Source: an uncultured Gemmatimonadaceae bacterium (GTDB lineage: Bacteria; Gemmatimonadota; Gemmatimonadetes; Gemmatimonadales; Gemmatimonadaceae). From it: a stretch of 64,000 nucleotides of DNA. Numbering within the stretch: the stretch's first letter is position 1; the number at the start of each line of letters is the position of its first letter. Below, piece by piece: positions 20,721 through 30,208 of this stretch. Made by a program: the position numbers and the translations under genes. The DNA lies in contig CAVUDW010000003.1 in the NCBI GenBank assembly GCA_963740355.1, forward strand, positions 1,408,001 through 1,472,000, in the 5' to 3' direction. Below the pieces are notes generated by a model that searched no databases, was not told the origin of the DNA, and saw only the letters and a program-made list of their open reading frames with translations.

Positions 20721-22180
20721 TAGCTGGTCCTCATGCTGACGCGCCATGTGCGGCCTGCGCCGCCATCAGCGCGTGAGGCGACCGCGATCTCGAGATCGTC
20801 CACCAACTGCACCGGGGCGTTGCGCCCGATCACCTGCCCCGACGACGTGTGCCATTCACGCTCGGTGAGGTTCACCAACCACCACACCCCTTCGTGGAAA
20901 CTGGTGTACGCCACCGCGTCACGGGGTACCTCTTCGCGCGGCCGCACATCGGTGTCGAAATGCCATTGATGCAGCGTGCGATGGTGGAACAGTGCCGTCG
21001 CAATGCCATCGTCGCGCCACGCGTTGCCAGTACCCCGACCGGCACGCAACATCGGCACTGCGCGATGCACCACTTCGCCGCTCCAGGCATCGACCAGCGC
21101 GCCACTGTCCGGCACGATCAGCCACCCACGACCTGATGGCGTCGGCATGATGCGCTCCAGCGTGCGATAGAGCGCCTCTTCCCACTCCACTGCGTCGGGG
21201 CGTTTCGCAGGCACGTGCAGCGCGTCCTCGAACGCGCGCCGCATCAGCGGCGCGAGGTGCGGCCCCAGTGCCTCGACGGCCACCGTGATTGGCACATCCG
21301 ACGGATTGCGGCGATCCGTGCGGTGCTCCACGAACAGCGCCTTGCGGCCCATCGACAGTTGCTCATCCTCTTCAGCACTGCGAGTGCTGTTCACCAGCGT
21401 CCCGCGCAATGGATGTCGCTGCAGCAACAGCTCATAGAACAACACGGCCAGCGCGTGCTTGTCGGTCTCGATCGACGGCAGCGCGGTGCCGGCCACGACC
21501 TCCGGCGCCATGTACCCCGGCGTGCCAAGCACCGTCGGCGGCGCCAGGCCCGGCACCACCAATGCATCGATATCGATCACACAGGCGTCGCCGCCGCGCA
21601 GGTCCACCAGCACGTTGCGATTCGACAGGTCGCTGTGTGCGAGGCCTGCGAAGTGCAATCGTCGCACCGAGCGCGCGAGGCGCATGCACACCTGCAGGCG
21701 CGTCAGCAGCGATCCCTTCTCGACATCGGGGATCAGCGCACCCGCCTTTCTCCCGGTGAACCAGCGCACTTCCTTCTCGACCCGGTTGCCGAAGCGGTCC
21801 TGCATGAAGAACACGTTGCGATACACTGGCATCACGACGCCAAGTGTGGGCTGCGCCAGCGAATGGGCGCGGGCGAAGTCGGCCGGCGCAGCCTGTGCAC
21901 CATCGACGATGCCCGTCGGCCAGCAGAAGGCATCGCGCCAGTAGGCGGCACCCGCGCCTCGTGTCGGATCATAACTCGAGACGATGCGACGCAGACGTTC
22001 CAGCCGCTCGGTACGATCGCGCAAGGCACCGAAGTAGAACGCCACCACTTCACGCCCATCCACCGTGAGGAACGCGACCTTCTCCGCCCCGCTGGCCAGC
22101 GGCGTGGGACGCAGCGTCAGCGTCCGCCCATCGGTCGTGTGCACCGTCACCGCTGCCATCCGTGCCGCGCTCGCACTCAT
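20720..22180 (-). CDS. TerY-associated Ser/Thr kinase (YegI-like) with FHA-like C-terminus
   Basis: SGAEK G-loop, FCWP, HSDLSNRN catalytic loop, IDID, GTPGYMAPE, DKHALAV; ATG overlaps the PP2C stop (ATGA). Confidence 0.85.
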   Translation of the reverse strand: MSASAARMAAVTVHTTDGRTLTLRPTPLASGAEKVAFLTVDGREVVAFYFGALRDRTERLERLRRIVSSYDPTRGAGAAYWRDAFCWPTGIVDGAQAAPADFARAHSLAQPTLGVVMPVYRNVFFMQDRFGNRVEKEVRWFTGRKAGALIPDVEKGSLLTRLQVCMRLARSVRRLHFAGLAHSDLSNRNVLVDLRGGDACVIDIDALVVPGLAPPTVLGTPGYMAPEVVAGTALPSIETDKHALAVLFYELLLQRHPLRGTLVNSTRSAEEDEQLSMGRKALFVEHRTDRRNPSDVPITVAVEALGPHLAPLMRRAFEDALHVPAKRPDAVEWEEALYRTLERIMPTPSGRGWLIVPDSGALVDAWSGEVVHRAVPMLRAGRGTGNAWRDDGIATALFHHRTLHQWHFDTDVRPREEVPRDAVAYTSFHEGVWWLVNLTEREWHTSSGQVIGRNAPVQLVDDLEIAVASRADGGAGRTWRVSMRTS

Positions 22181-23184
22181 CGCTTCACGTCCGCACCGCG
22201 CCATGCCAACAGCAGCGAGCGATCGTCAACTTCGCCGCGTTGCTCGAAGCCCAGCCACTGCAAGAGGGCGCTCGCCTCTCCAAGCACCGATGGCGCCACT
22301 GGCTGCCGCGCCGTTCCGATCGGCGTCGCGGTGCCATGGCGCCACTGCTCCACCAGCGCGGCGCCGGTCTGTTCCAGCGGATGAAACGGATCGTCCACGC
22401 CGTCGGTCATCAGCGCGATCAACGCGACGTCGGACGCACGCACCTGTCGCAATGCTGCCGCCTGCGTCATCGCACACGCGTCCGGCACGAAGCAGGTGAC
22501 TTCCCCCGCCCATCCCGTTTCCCGCATTGCACCAACTCGCGCCACCGATCCATCGGTGCGCTGCACCAGCACCGCCCCATCCCCAACCTGCGACACGAGC
22601 ATCAGGTCATCGAGGATTGCGACCAGCAAAACCGTCGTGCGGAGCGAGGACGGAGAGACCTCGCCGGCAGTTGCCAGTTCGTGCAAGCGCATCGCCGCGT
22701 CATGCACCGCGTGCGCCATCGCCGTGCCGAGTCGCGACACCGGCGATGCATCGCTCGCGCCGGCCATGTATCGCCGATGCGTGTTGTCGACCGCCAGCTG
22801 TGCTGTCACCGCAGCCCCGATGCGGCTCAGGGCACTCGACCCCGCACCATCTGCCACCGCCAGCACCAGCAGCCCATCGCGCGACAGCGCAGCGATCGCG
22901 TCATCGCGATATTCGCCACGATGCGCGTGCGACTTGCCGCGCACACTGGCGCCCAGCACCTGCCAGTCACCCGCCTGCAGCTGCAGCAGTCGTGGCTCGA
23001 CCGAGACCTCAGCGATCCAGCGCGCGTCGAGCCGGGCGGCGATCACCTCGGGGCTCCACGCGCTCTCCGGATCGCGCGCACTCCACGATGCCGGAACCTG
23101 CGCGGCATCCGCATCGACCGTCGGCGTGAACTCCAACGAGTCCGTTGGCACGGCGACGTCCTCTCCTCCCGACGCTGCAGGCAC
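22177..23184 (-). CDS. PP2C-family protein phosphatase (YegK/PphC-like)
   Basis: GASVRGKSH, RDDA, VADGAGS, TTVLL, QVGDG, MTDGV, DDRS. Confidence 0.88.
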   Translation of the reverse strand: MPAASGGEDVAVPTDSLEFTPTVDADAAQVPASWSARDPESAWSPEVIAARLDARWIAEVSVEPRLLQLQAGDWQVLGASVRGKSHAHRGEYRDDAIAALSRDGLLVLAVADGAGSSALSRIGAAVTAQLAVDNTHRRYMAGASDASPVSRLGTAMAHAVHDAAMRLHELATAGEVSPSSLRTTVLLVAILDDLMLVSQVGDGAVLVQRTDGSVARVGAMRETGWAGEVTCFVPDACAMTQAAALRQVRASDVALIALMTDGVDDPFHPLEQTGAALVEQWRHGTATPIGTARQPVAPSVLGEASALLQWLGFEQRGEVDDRSLLLAWRGADVKR

Positions 23185-23187
23185 CGG

Positions 23188-23835
23188 TCAGGGAATGATC
23201 GTGATGCCCGGCGGCGGCGGCGGCAACGTGATTGCGCCACCGTCACCCATCGACCCCACCTTGGCGCTGGTCGTCTTCACACTCGCCGAGACGAACTTGA
23301 AGAACGCACGGAAGGCGTCCGGCGACATGTCGCGCATCTGGATCACCGTGTCGGTGGTCTCGCGCAGCGCCACGAGGTCGGCGTGATCACCGCAGGCCAC
23401 GGCGATGATGTTGGCGGGCCGCCGGTTGCGGAGTTCACCCGCGTATTGTGGCCACGCCGTGTCGGTCGGTGCGCCATCGGACAGGATGAACACCAGCGGC
23501 CGCCAGTCACCCTTCTGCTCGGCGGTCGTGCGCACCACCTCCATCTCGAAACACTCCAGCAGCACACGGAGCGCGTCGCCGTAGTTCGTTTGCCCGTTGG
23601 CGTCCATCTCGGGCGGGATGAAGCTGCTCACCTCCGTCAGCGGCACCACCTGGATCGCGACATCGGCGAACGTGATCACGCTCAGGTAGGCACTCTCGAC
23701 GGCCTGCGGATCGGTGAGCAGGTCCCGATGCAACTGGCGAATGCCGGCCTTGACGCTCTCGACGGGCGTACCTCGCATGGAGCCGGAAACATCGGCCAGG
23801 ATGTAGACGGGAAGGCGGCGCAGCGACACGAACAC
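23188..23835 (-). CDS. terY: TerY-like von Willebrand factor A domain protein (YegL-like)
   Basis: RRLPVYILADVSGSM (MIDAS DxSxS), GQTNYG, GDWRPLVFILSDGAPTD, FFKFVSAS, C-terminal LPPPP. Confidence 0.9.
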   Translation of the reverse strand: MFVSLRRLPVYILADVSGSMRGTPVESVKAGIRQLHRDLLTDPQAVESAYLSVITFADVAIQVVPLTEVSSFIPPEMDANGQTNYGDALRVLLECFEMEVVRTTAEQKGDWRPLVFILSDGAPTDTAWPQYAGELRNRRPANIIAVACGDHADLVALRETTDTVIQMRDMSPDAFRAFFKFVSASVKTTSAKVGSMGDGGAITLPPPPPGITIIP

Positions 23836-23979
23836 TCCGGAAACGAGGTGCGGGGCACGCCCTCTGGCGCGCCACTCCGCAATCGTAACACCTGAAACCA
23901 GATCGCTGTTTCGACAGCAGGCTCGCCGGCTGCCAAAGCGGCTCCCCGAAATGGGGCGCCGAGCGTATCGCCGCGAGGG

Positions 23980-26034
23980 CTAGGTGGCGGGCGGCGCGTC
24001 GGGCGGTGTCACGGACAGTGCCACGCCGAGCTTGAGCGCAACGCGCCGGGCCATCGCCGCGCTGGTGAAGGGCTTGGCAAGGAAGTCGGTCTCGATGTTC
24101 AACCCACGAACCTCTTCCAACGCATCTTCGGGATATCCCGACATGAACAGGACCGGGAGGCCGGGCATCTGCTGGTGCAGTCGCGCCGCGAGTTTCGGCC
24201 CGCTCAGCCCAGGCATCATGACGTCGGTCACCAGCAGGTCGACCTGTCCGGCGTTCGCCTCGGCCATCCGCAACGCCTGCAACCCGTCGGGGGCGAGGAG
24301 CACGGTGTAGCCGAGGCGCTGCAGGATGCGGGCGACCGTGGCGCGTGTGCCGTCGTCGTCTTCCGCCACCAGGATCGTGGCGCCGCCACCGGCAAACGCC
24401 GCCGCAGGTTGCACCGCCAGGATCGCCGAGGGTGCGTTGGCGAACGGAAACTCGAGAATCACCGATGTCCCGCGCGATGGTGAGGACTCGATGTCGGCGC
24501 GGCCACCGCTTTGCATCGCCATGCCGTGAACAGCGGCCAGGCCAAGTCCCGTCCCTCGACCGCGTGGCTTGGTGGTGAAGAATGGCTCGAAGGCACGCGC
24601 CTGTGTCGCGGCATCCATGCCCACCCCTTCGTCCCGCACGCGCAGCCGCACCCACGTTTCACCGTCATCGTTGGTCATGCGCACGACCGTCAGCGTACAA
24701 GTACCACCGTTCGGCATCGCGTCCCGCGCATTGCTGACGAGGTTCACCAGCGTCTGTTCCAGCTGACCCACATCGGCGCGGATGCGACAGTCCGGCTCCA
24801 CGTCACAGGAAATCCGCGCCTGCTCGCCGGCCACGCGTTGCAGCAAGCGTCGCAGGCTCAACACCTGGGCCGACAGGTCGAAGACACGCGGATGCACCAC
24901 CTCACGCCGCGCAAACGCCAGCAATTGACGGGTTAACGTTGCGCCGCGTTCCTGCGCTGCAAGGATCTCATCCAGCAGTGGTGACGCTCGTTCATCGCGC
25001 AACTCGGCGCGCAGCACCTCCGCCGATGTGCCGACGATGGTGAGGATGTTGTTGAAGTCATGTGCGATCCCGCCCGCCAGCTGGCCCACGGCTTCGAGCC
25101 GTTGTGAATGGGCGAGTTGCAGCTCCATCTCGCGTCGCGTCTGCTCGGCGCTGATACGCTCCGACAGGTCGCGCAGCACGAGCTGTCGCCGGCCGCTGTC
25201 CATGGTGCGCCATGTGACCTCGAGCTCCACCGTCGTGCCGTCGATGCGATGCAATGACCAGGCAAGGGGACGCTCGCCGGTATCGTGGATGTCGAAACCG
25301 GTCGCCACGTCGCCGCGCGCGTCAGCGGCGGTCAGCACCGCGCAGATGCGCCGTCCAATGCACTCGGCGAGCGGTAGGCCAAGCAGACGGATCGCCGCCG
25401 GATTGGCAATCTGCACCAGATCGTTGGCATCGACGACCAGGATGCCGTCAGGCGCGCTGCTGATCGTTTCCGACAACTCGCGTTCCTTGCGTACCACTTC
25501 CACGAAGGCGCGATCGAGAATCGAGAGTTCGATCGTGACCAGCCCCCACACCGCACTGGTGATCACAGCATGGGCGACGAGCCAGTAGATGACACTCGGC
25601 GTGACACCGCTAGCCTGGATCGGCGGCGAAAGAAGCACCACCGGCCATGTGACGACGAGGGCGGAAACCGTGAGGATGGTTGCGTGACGTGGTTGCAGCA
25701 GCAGCGTTGCAGCGACCACCACCGGCGCGGTCGCCAGCAGCGACGGGCTGGGGAACTGCGTGGCGGTGAGTATTCCGTAGTTCACCTCGCAGCACACGCC
25801 GAACAAACCGACCAGACCACCCTGGAAGACGCGCCCCTGATGCGCGAGCAGCGCGCCAACGGCGCACATCATCGCCGCCAGGATCAATGGCAACTGCTGG
25901 CGCGTCGGATCGGCGAGGCTGACCAGCGCGAGCACGAGATACGCGACGGTGCCGATCACGGCTCCAATCAGCACCCATCGACGCGTGTCCGAGTACTCGA
26001 AACGCAGTGATCGCGGCGGAGCCTCAGGTATCAC
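23980..26034 (-). CDS. Hybrid sensor histidine kinase/response regulator (TM-PAS-HisKA-HATPase-REC)
   Basis: Several N-terminal TM segments, PAS (SAPDGILVVD), H-box GGIAHDFNNIL, NLVSNARDAM, DEGVGM, FEPFFTTK, GTGLGL, REC (AEDD, TDVMMP, FLAKPF). Confidence 0.93.
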   Translation of the reverse strand: MIPEAPPRSLRFEYSDTRRWVLIGAVIGTVAYLVLALVSLADPTRQQLPLILAAMMCAVGALLAHQGRVFQGGLVGLFGVCCEVNYGILTATQFPSPSLLATAPVVVAATLLLQPRHATILTVSALVVTWPVVLLSPPIQASGVTPSVIYWLVAHAVITSAVWGLVTIELSILDRAFVEVVRKERELSETISSAPDGILVVDANDLVQIANPAAIRLLGLPLAECIGRRICAVLTAADARGDVATGFDIHDTGERPLAWSLHRIDGTTVELEVTWRTMDSGRRQLVLRDLSERISAEQTRREMELQLAHSQRLEAVGQLAGGIAHDFNNILTIVGTSAEVLRAELRDERASPLLDEILAAQERGATLTRQLLAFARREVVHPRVFDLSAQVLSLRRLLQRVAGEQARISCDVEPDCRIRADVGQLEQTLVNLVSNARDAMPNGGTCTLTVVRMTNDDGETWVRLRVRDEGVGMDAATQARAFEPFFTTKPRGRGTGLGLAAVHGMAMQSGGRADIESSPSRGTSVILEFPFANAPSAILAVQPAAAFAGGGATILVAEDDDGTRATVARILQRLGYTVLLAPDGLQALRMAEANAGQVDLLVTDVMMPGLSGPKLAARLHQQMPGLPVLFMSGYPEDALEEVRGLNIETDFLAKPFTSAAMARRVALKLGVALSVTPPDAPPAT

Positions 26035-26174
26035 GTCGTGCCCATGAGGGGTGGCGTCGGCGTCCGGGGTGGGTACATGGGACGGAGAATAACCCCCTCT
26101 GGCCTGCCCCGCCGTTCGCGATCTACCAGGCAGCCCACTCCGGCCGTCGGCGCCAACCGTTTACGACGAATCGC

Positions 26175-27092
26175 TTACGCCACGCGTGTTTCGCGAGGTG
26201 TGCGTCGCGAGCGCAGGGCGCGCGCGACAAACACCAGTCCACCCACCAGCAGCACCATCGGCCCGCCATAGACCACGGCCCAGATCAATCCATTTACCAG
26301 CGAGCGTGATGTCGCGAGCAGGGCGCGCGTCGCATCGCGCAGCACACCGCGGGGCTGCCAGGTGGCCGATGCGATCGGCGTCGCGACCACGTCCGGGCGC
26401 AGGTCGAGGGTAATCGTCGAGAGGGCCGCCAACTGCGTCAGCGACTGCAACTCTGCGGTCCGCTGCTCGATCTCCCCCCGTACCCGAGACAACTCGGTGT
26501 GCACCTCCAGTACGTCCGACGCCTTCTGCGTCTTCTGGCGCACCGTCACCAGCAGCGCCCGCAACTCGGTCTCGGTCGCCCGAAGGTTGGTCAGCTGCGC
26601 CGTGAGGTCCACCGCCTGCCGCGTCACATCCTCACCCGTCACCGACTCGTTGTCGACCCGCACGGCCATCCCGCGCAGCCGCGCCAGCGTCGCGTCGAGC
26701 TTCGCCGCCGGCACCCGCACCGTCATGCTGGCGCGATCCAGCTCCCCCTCGCGCCAAAGTCGCGATGCGCCAAGAAACCCCTCCACCTCGCGGGTTGCAT
26801 CGGCCACCTGCTGCGTCGCCCGGCGCACGTCGCTCACCTGCAGGGAGATGTCCGCCGTTCGCACGATCATGCGCTGCACGGCCGGGGCGGTCGGCGCGGC
26901 CGCGCTGGGGGTGGCGAAGCCTGCGGCAATCGCGCGCTGCTGGGGCGCCGCCGCGTCTGACATGCTCTCCGAGGCGCCCCGCTCGACCGGTGCCCCGCCC
27001 GAGGCGACCATCGCACTTCGTGGCGCCGACTCGTCCGATCCCCGGCTGCACGCGCTCAGCACCGCCACGACCACCAGTCCCCGACGCCACAT
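26175..27092 (-). CDS. DUF4349 family lipoprotein
   Basis: GGAGG RBS, lipobox LSAC, MIVRTADISL, VRVPA, GEDVT, coiled coil, STITL, C-terminal TM. Confidence 0.85.
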   Translation of the reverse strand: MWRRGLVVVAVLSACSRGSDESAPRSAMVASGGAPVERGASESMSDAAAPQQRAIAAGFATPSAAAPTAPAVQRMIVRTADISLQVSDVRRATQQVADATREVEGFLGASRLWREGELDRASMTVRVPAAKLDATLARLRGMAVRVDNESVTGEDVTRQAVDLTAQLTNLRATETELRALLVTVRQKTQKASDVLEVHTELSRVRGEIEQRTAELQSLTQLAALSTITLDLRPDVVATPIASATWQPRGVLRDATRALLATSRSLVNGLIWAVVYGGPMVLLVGGLVFVARALRSRRTPRETRVA

Positions 27093-27325
27093 ACCGCCTC
27101 CCTGGAAGATTTCCGCAGCGGCGGCCAGTCGGGCGCGCGCTGCGTTGCTCCGGGAGAGGCGGCACCCGCCGCCCCTTGCACACCGCATCCTCGCCTGACG
27201 AATAACCGGCGCCCGCTGGACGCCAACGCCCCCCCGGGCGACCGTGTATGCACTCACAGAGACGGCTGCACCAAACGTCTCCCCCCTTATCGATCGCGCC
27301 ACTGTGGCGCTTCTACACTGGCTTC

Positions 27326-27922
27326 ATGACCTCGGTTGGTTTGAGCACTGGTCCGCCCGCCGACAGCAATGCCGACGAGCCCGGGCTGGTGGAGCGGGTG
27401 CAGCAAGGCGACACGGCGGCGTACGCGGTACTCGTGCAGCGGCACCTGCCGCGCGGCTACCGCATCGCGTGGCGCGTGCTGCGACATCGCGAGGATGCCG
27501 AAGATGCAGTGCAGGATGCCTTTCTGCGGGCGCTGGAACGGATCGAGCAATGCGATCCCGGACGGCCCTTTGGTCCTTGGTTTTTTCGGATCGTGGCGAC
27601 GACGGCGATCAACAAGCAGCGCTCGGCGAAGCGACGCGAAACGGAAGTGCTGTCTGACGCAGAGGTGAGTGAGGCGGTGGGTCCGGCCGATTCGGCGGTG
27701 CTCGGCGCGCTGCGCGAAGAGGTGGACCTGGCACTGGCGACACTGCCTCCGGTGCAACGCCAGCTGATCGAGCTGGTGACGTTCGAGGAGTTCACGCCAA
27801 CGGAGGCGGCGCAGGTGTTGGAGATACCGGCAGGAACGGCCCGATGGCATTTGCACGAGGCTCGCAAGGCGCTGCGGACGCAGCTGCACGCGTGGCTCGG
27901 TGACGGTGGAGAGGATGAATGA
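27326..27922 (+). CDS. ECF-type RNA polymerase sigma-70 factor
   Basis: DAEDAVQDAFLRA, FGPWFFRI (region 2); AAQVLEIPAGTARWHLHEARKALR (region 4). Confidence 0.92.
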   Translation: MTSVGLSTGPPADSNADEPGLVERVQQGDTAAYAVLVQRHLPRGYRIAWRVLRHREDAEDAVQDAFLRALERIEQCDPGRPFGPWFFRIVATTAINKQRSAKRRETEVLSDAEVSEAVGPADSAVLGALREEVDLALATLPPVQRQLIELVTFEEFTPTEAAQVLEIPAGTARWHLHEARKALRTQLHAWLGDGGEDE

Positions 27923-28374
27923 CGATCGACCCGCGCGACGAGTCTCTGGACTCGAGGGATCTGAAGCACGAAATGGAACCAGGAATGGAAGTACACGATC
28001 CGCGACTCGACGCCGTCCTGCGGCGTGGCGACGGCGGTGCACCGCGCACCGACTTTGCCGCGATGCAGGCGCGCATCATGTCGCAGGCAGCGTTCCCGCT
28101 GGCGGCGCGGCGGCGGAGTGCGCGCACATCCACTGCCGACATGCTGGCAGCCTGGGTACGCGTCGCACTGCCATTGGCGGCCGCGGCCGCGATCTTCGCC
28201 GCCCTGGTGCTCAAGTCGGCCGAGCCGAGCATGCTGGCGGACGCTGAATTGCGCGACAGCGATCCGGCCGCGCTCCTCAGCGCGCTCGAGTCGGATGGCA
28301 GCAGTGGCCTCGCGCACCACCTCATCGCGAACGACGCCGTCGCGTCCAGCGCGGCGGAGTCGGAATCGCAATGA
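27919..28374 (+). CDS. Putative anti-sigma factor (single TM)
   Basis: Overlaps the sigma stop (ATGA); central TM (VALPLAAAAAIFAALVL). Confidence 0.6.
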   Translation: MTIDPRDESLDSRDLKHEMEPGMEVHDPRLDAVLRRGDGGAPRTDFAAMQARIMSQAAFPLAARRRSARTSTADMLAAWVRVALPLAAAAAIFAALVLKSAEPSMLADAELRDSDPAALLSALESDGSSGLAHHLIANDAVASSAAESESQ

Positions 28375-28856
28375 CCACACCGCGTTCGCGGATGATGGCC
28401 ATCCTGACAGTGGTGGCCATGCTGGCGGTTGGCATAGCGGTCGGCATCGGGATCGAGCGCAAGTTGCTCCATCGACGATACGATGACCGCGGTGGCGCGC
28501 GCCGCGGCGGTGGCGGGGGCGGCGGTCCGTTCGGCATGATCTCGGAACCGGTCGACACCGCGAGCCGCAACAGAATGCGGGCGCGCATCGTGAAACGCAT
28601 CACCGAAGACCTTTCGCTCACACCAACGCAGGCCGTGGCAGTCGACAAGCTCTTCGCGCGCCGCGAACTGCAACTGGACTCGATTCGCAGTCATGTCGGT
28701 CCGCAGCTCGATTCCCTGCGCGATCAGATGCGTATCGCATTCGACTCGATCCTCACGCCGGAGCAGCGCGTGAAGTCCGCAGCGACGCGGAAGCGAATGG
28801 AAGAGCGTCGCAAGGCAGACAGCGCCAGCAGTGATGGGCCGGGGCCAAGGCGCTAG
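28371..28856 (+). CDS. Putative periplasmic Spy/CpxP- or heavy-metal-sensor-like helical protein
   Basis: N-terminal TM, Gly-rich stretch, two LTPxQ motifs (LSLTPTQ, ILTPEQ); ATGA overlap. Confidence 0.65.
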   Translation: MTTPRSRMMAILTVVAMLAVGIAVGIGIERKLLHRRYDDRGGARRGGGGGGGPFGMISEPVDTASRNRMRARIVKRITEDLSLTPTQAVAVDKLFARRELQLDSIRSHVGPQLDSLRDQMRIAFDSILTPEQRVKSAATRKRMEERRKADSASSDGPGPRR

Positions 28857-28943
28857 CTCGGCTCGACTGACCAAAGACGATGAGCGCGCCACAGAGACCT
28901 CTGGCGCGCTCATTTTTTACGGCGTCACGCGCATCATGCGACG

Positions 28944-29507
28944 CTACCCGCCCGACTCGATGCGAAGGAATCGCGTCCAGTTTTCCGGCTCGTCCTGTAT
29001 CGCGTCGGACAGGATCGTCAGGCCGTAGAGGATCGCGGCGCTGTGGCCGGCGACGGCCGCAATGGTACGATCGCCCTTCTCACTGACCATCTTCGCCGCG
29101 CCCGCCGTGTCATAGAACGGTTCTGTCCTGGCGCCGAACGCCTGCAGGAATCGACGACACTGCGCCAGCGCGACGGGATGACTGGTCACCACCTTCATGC
29201 CTTCCAGTGTCGAACCGGGGACACCGAGTAACGCGTGCACGATCGGGATGTCGGTAGTGCCGCCGAGATTCAGGCCGTCACTGAAATCATCCAGTGCATC
29301 GAGCGCCGAGGTGATCGGACCGACGACCATGTTTTCGACCGGCAGCACAGCGCCATCCGCCGAGCCGGATCGGACCGCCTCGAGCATCGCTGAGAAGGTG
29401 GTGCAGGCGATCGGGATTGTGTCGGGGCCCCAGAAGACACGAATGGCATCTTCGCTGAAGGCGCCGGGCGCTCCCTGAAACGCGATCCGGGGTCGTGCGG
29501 TCGTCAT
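28944..29507 (-). CDS. pheA: Prephenate dehydratase, catalytic domain only (no ACT domain)
   Basis: IAFQGAPGAFSE, LPVEN, SHPVALAQC, DTAGAA, ENWTRF; stop follows 7 codons after TRF. Confidence 0.85.
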   Translation of the reverse strand: MTTARPRIAFQGAPGAFSEDAIRVFWGPDTIPIACTTFSAMLEAVRSGSADGAVLPVENMVVGPITSALDALDDFSDGLNLGGTTDIPIVHALLGVPGSTLEGMKVVTSHPVALAQCRRFLQAFGARTEPFYDTAGAAKMVSEKGDRTIAAVAGHSAAILYGLTILSDAIQDEPENWTRFLRIESGG

Positions 29508-29669
29508 GCGACGAATGTATCCGCCGCCGACGCATGGCGCGCAGGCGTTGACGCCGAGTACGCCGCGAATACTGTCGCACAGTTCGCTTGCCGATGCAGG
29601 CGATCCGAACATCGTCGCGAGGTGCGCCTGACAGACTCGCTGCCATTCCTCGGCCCGATCCTCGGATCG

Positions 29670-29711
29670 AAAAAACGAGGTGCCCCCGGCAAGCCGTCGC
29701 TCACCGGGGGC
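29670..29711 (-). terminator. Intrinsic terminator-like hairpin upstream of pheA
   Basis: Minus strand GCCCCCGG-loop-CCGGGGGC followed by ACCTCG-TTTTTT. The U-tract is offset from the stem by 6 nt. Confidence 0.55.
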
Positions 29712-29721
29712 TGAACGTGCT

Positions 29722-29910
29722 TCAGGGCCCACCCGCCCCTCCACACGAAGAACTCGTTGTCGCTGAACGGTCGATCACGACCCTCAGATCCTGCCCTGTT
29801 GCTCGCGTCGGACCGGGTGGGGTACCGAGCGGGTCGTACCAGGTGTTGTCCAGCGAACTCATCCATAGACGCGTGACGTATGGTGGCGTCACAAGCGGGG
29901 GAGGCCCTGA
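29722..29910 (-). ncRNA. Candidate structured RNA/leader (nested inverted repeats)
   Basis: Arms 29895-29910/29722-29736, 29848-29856/29760-29768 and 29831-29837/29777-29783. Mismatches read as G-U pairs on the minus strand. Confidence 0.35.
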
Positions 29911-30208
29911 GGGCCGAACCCCGCCCTTCTGGTGACCGGTCCAGCACGTCGCGCCAGCCAGACACATCCACTCAGTGGCCAATGACGTGTGAGGCTCCAC
30001 CTCGTCACGCCGCGCTCGGGCGCCCCGGCACCCGCGCCGGTGAGAGCTTGCCTGATGTTTCTGCGCGTGAACCGGCATGGAGCACTACGCCCGGAACGCA
30101 CACGCCACCCCGACTCGCCGGCCGATCGAGCCCCACCGCTTGACGCGGCCGTCTCATCCACGGAACGTGCTGATCCGTACCGCCGCCTTCACGCTGCCCA
30201 GGCCTCCC

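Noticed and set aside
28944..29744. N-terminally extended 266-aa PheA
   Set aside because: The extension runs through the terminator-like hairpin and has no domain features; homology starts at ATG 29507, which has its own -10 element.
29670..29760. T-box riboswitch upstream of pheA
   Set aside because: GGGTGGGCCC does not match the UGGNACC T-box bulge, and no stem I AGAGA/GNUG motifs were recognisable.
29700..30050. tmRNA, RNase P RNA, SRP RNA, SAM riboswitch or group II intron end
   Set aside because: None of the hallmark sequences found (T-arm plus CCA end, GAGGAAAGTCC, GGAAGGAAGCAG, SAM-I core, domain V GAGCCG...).
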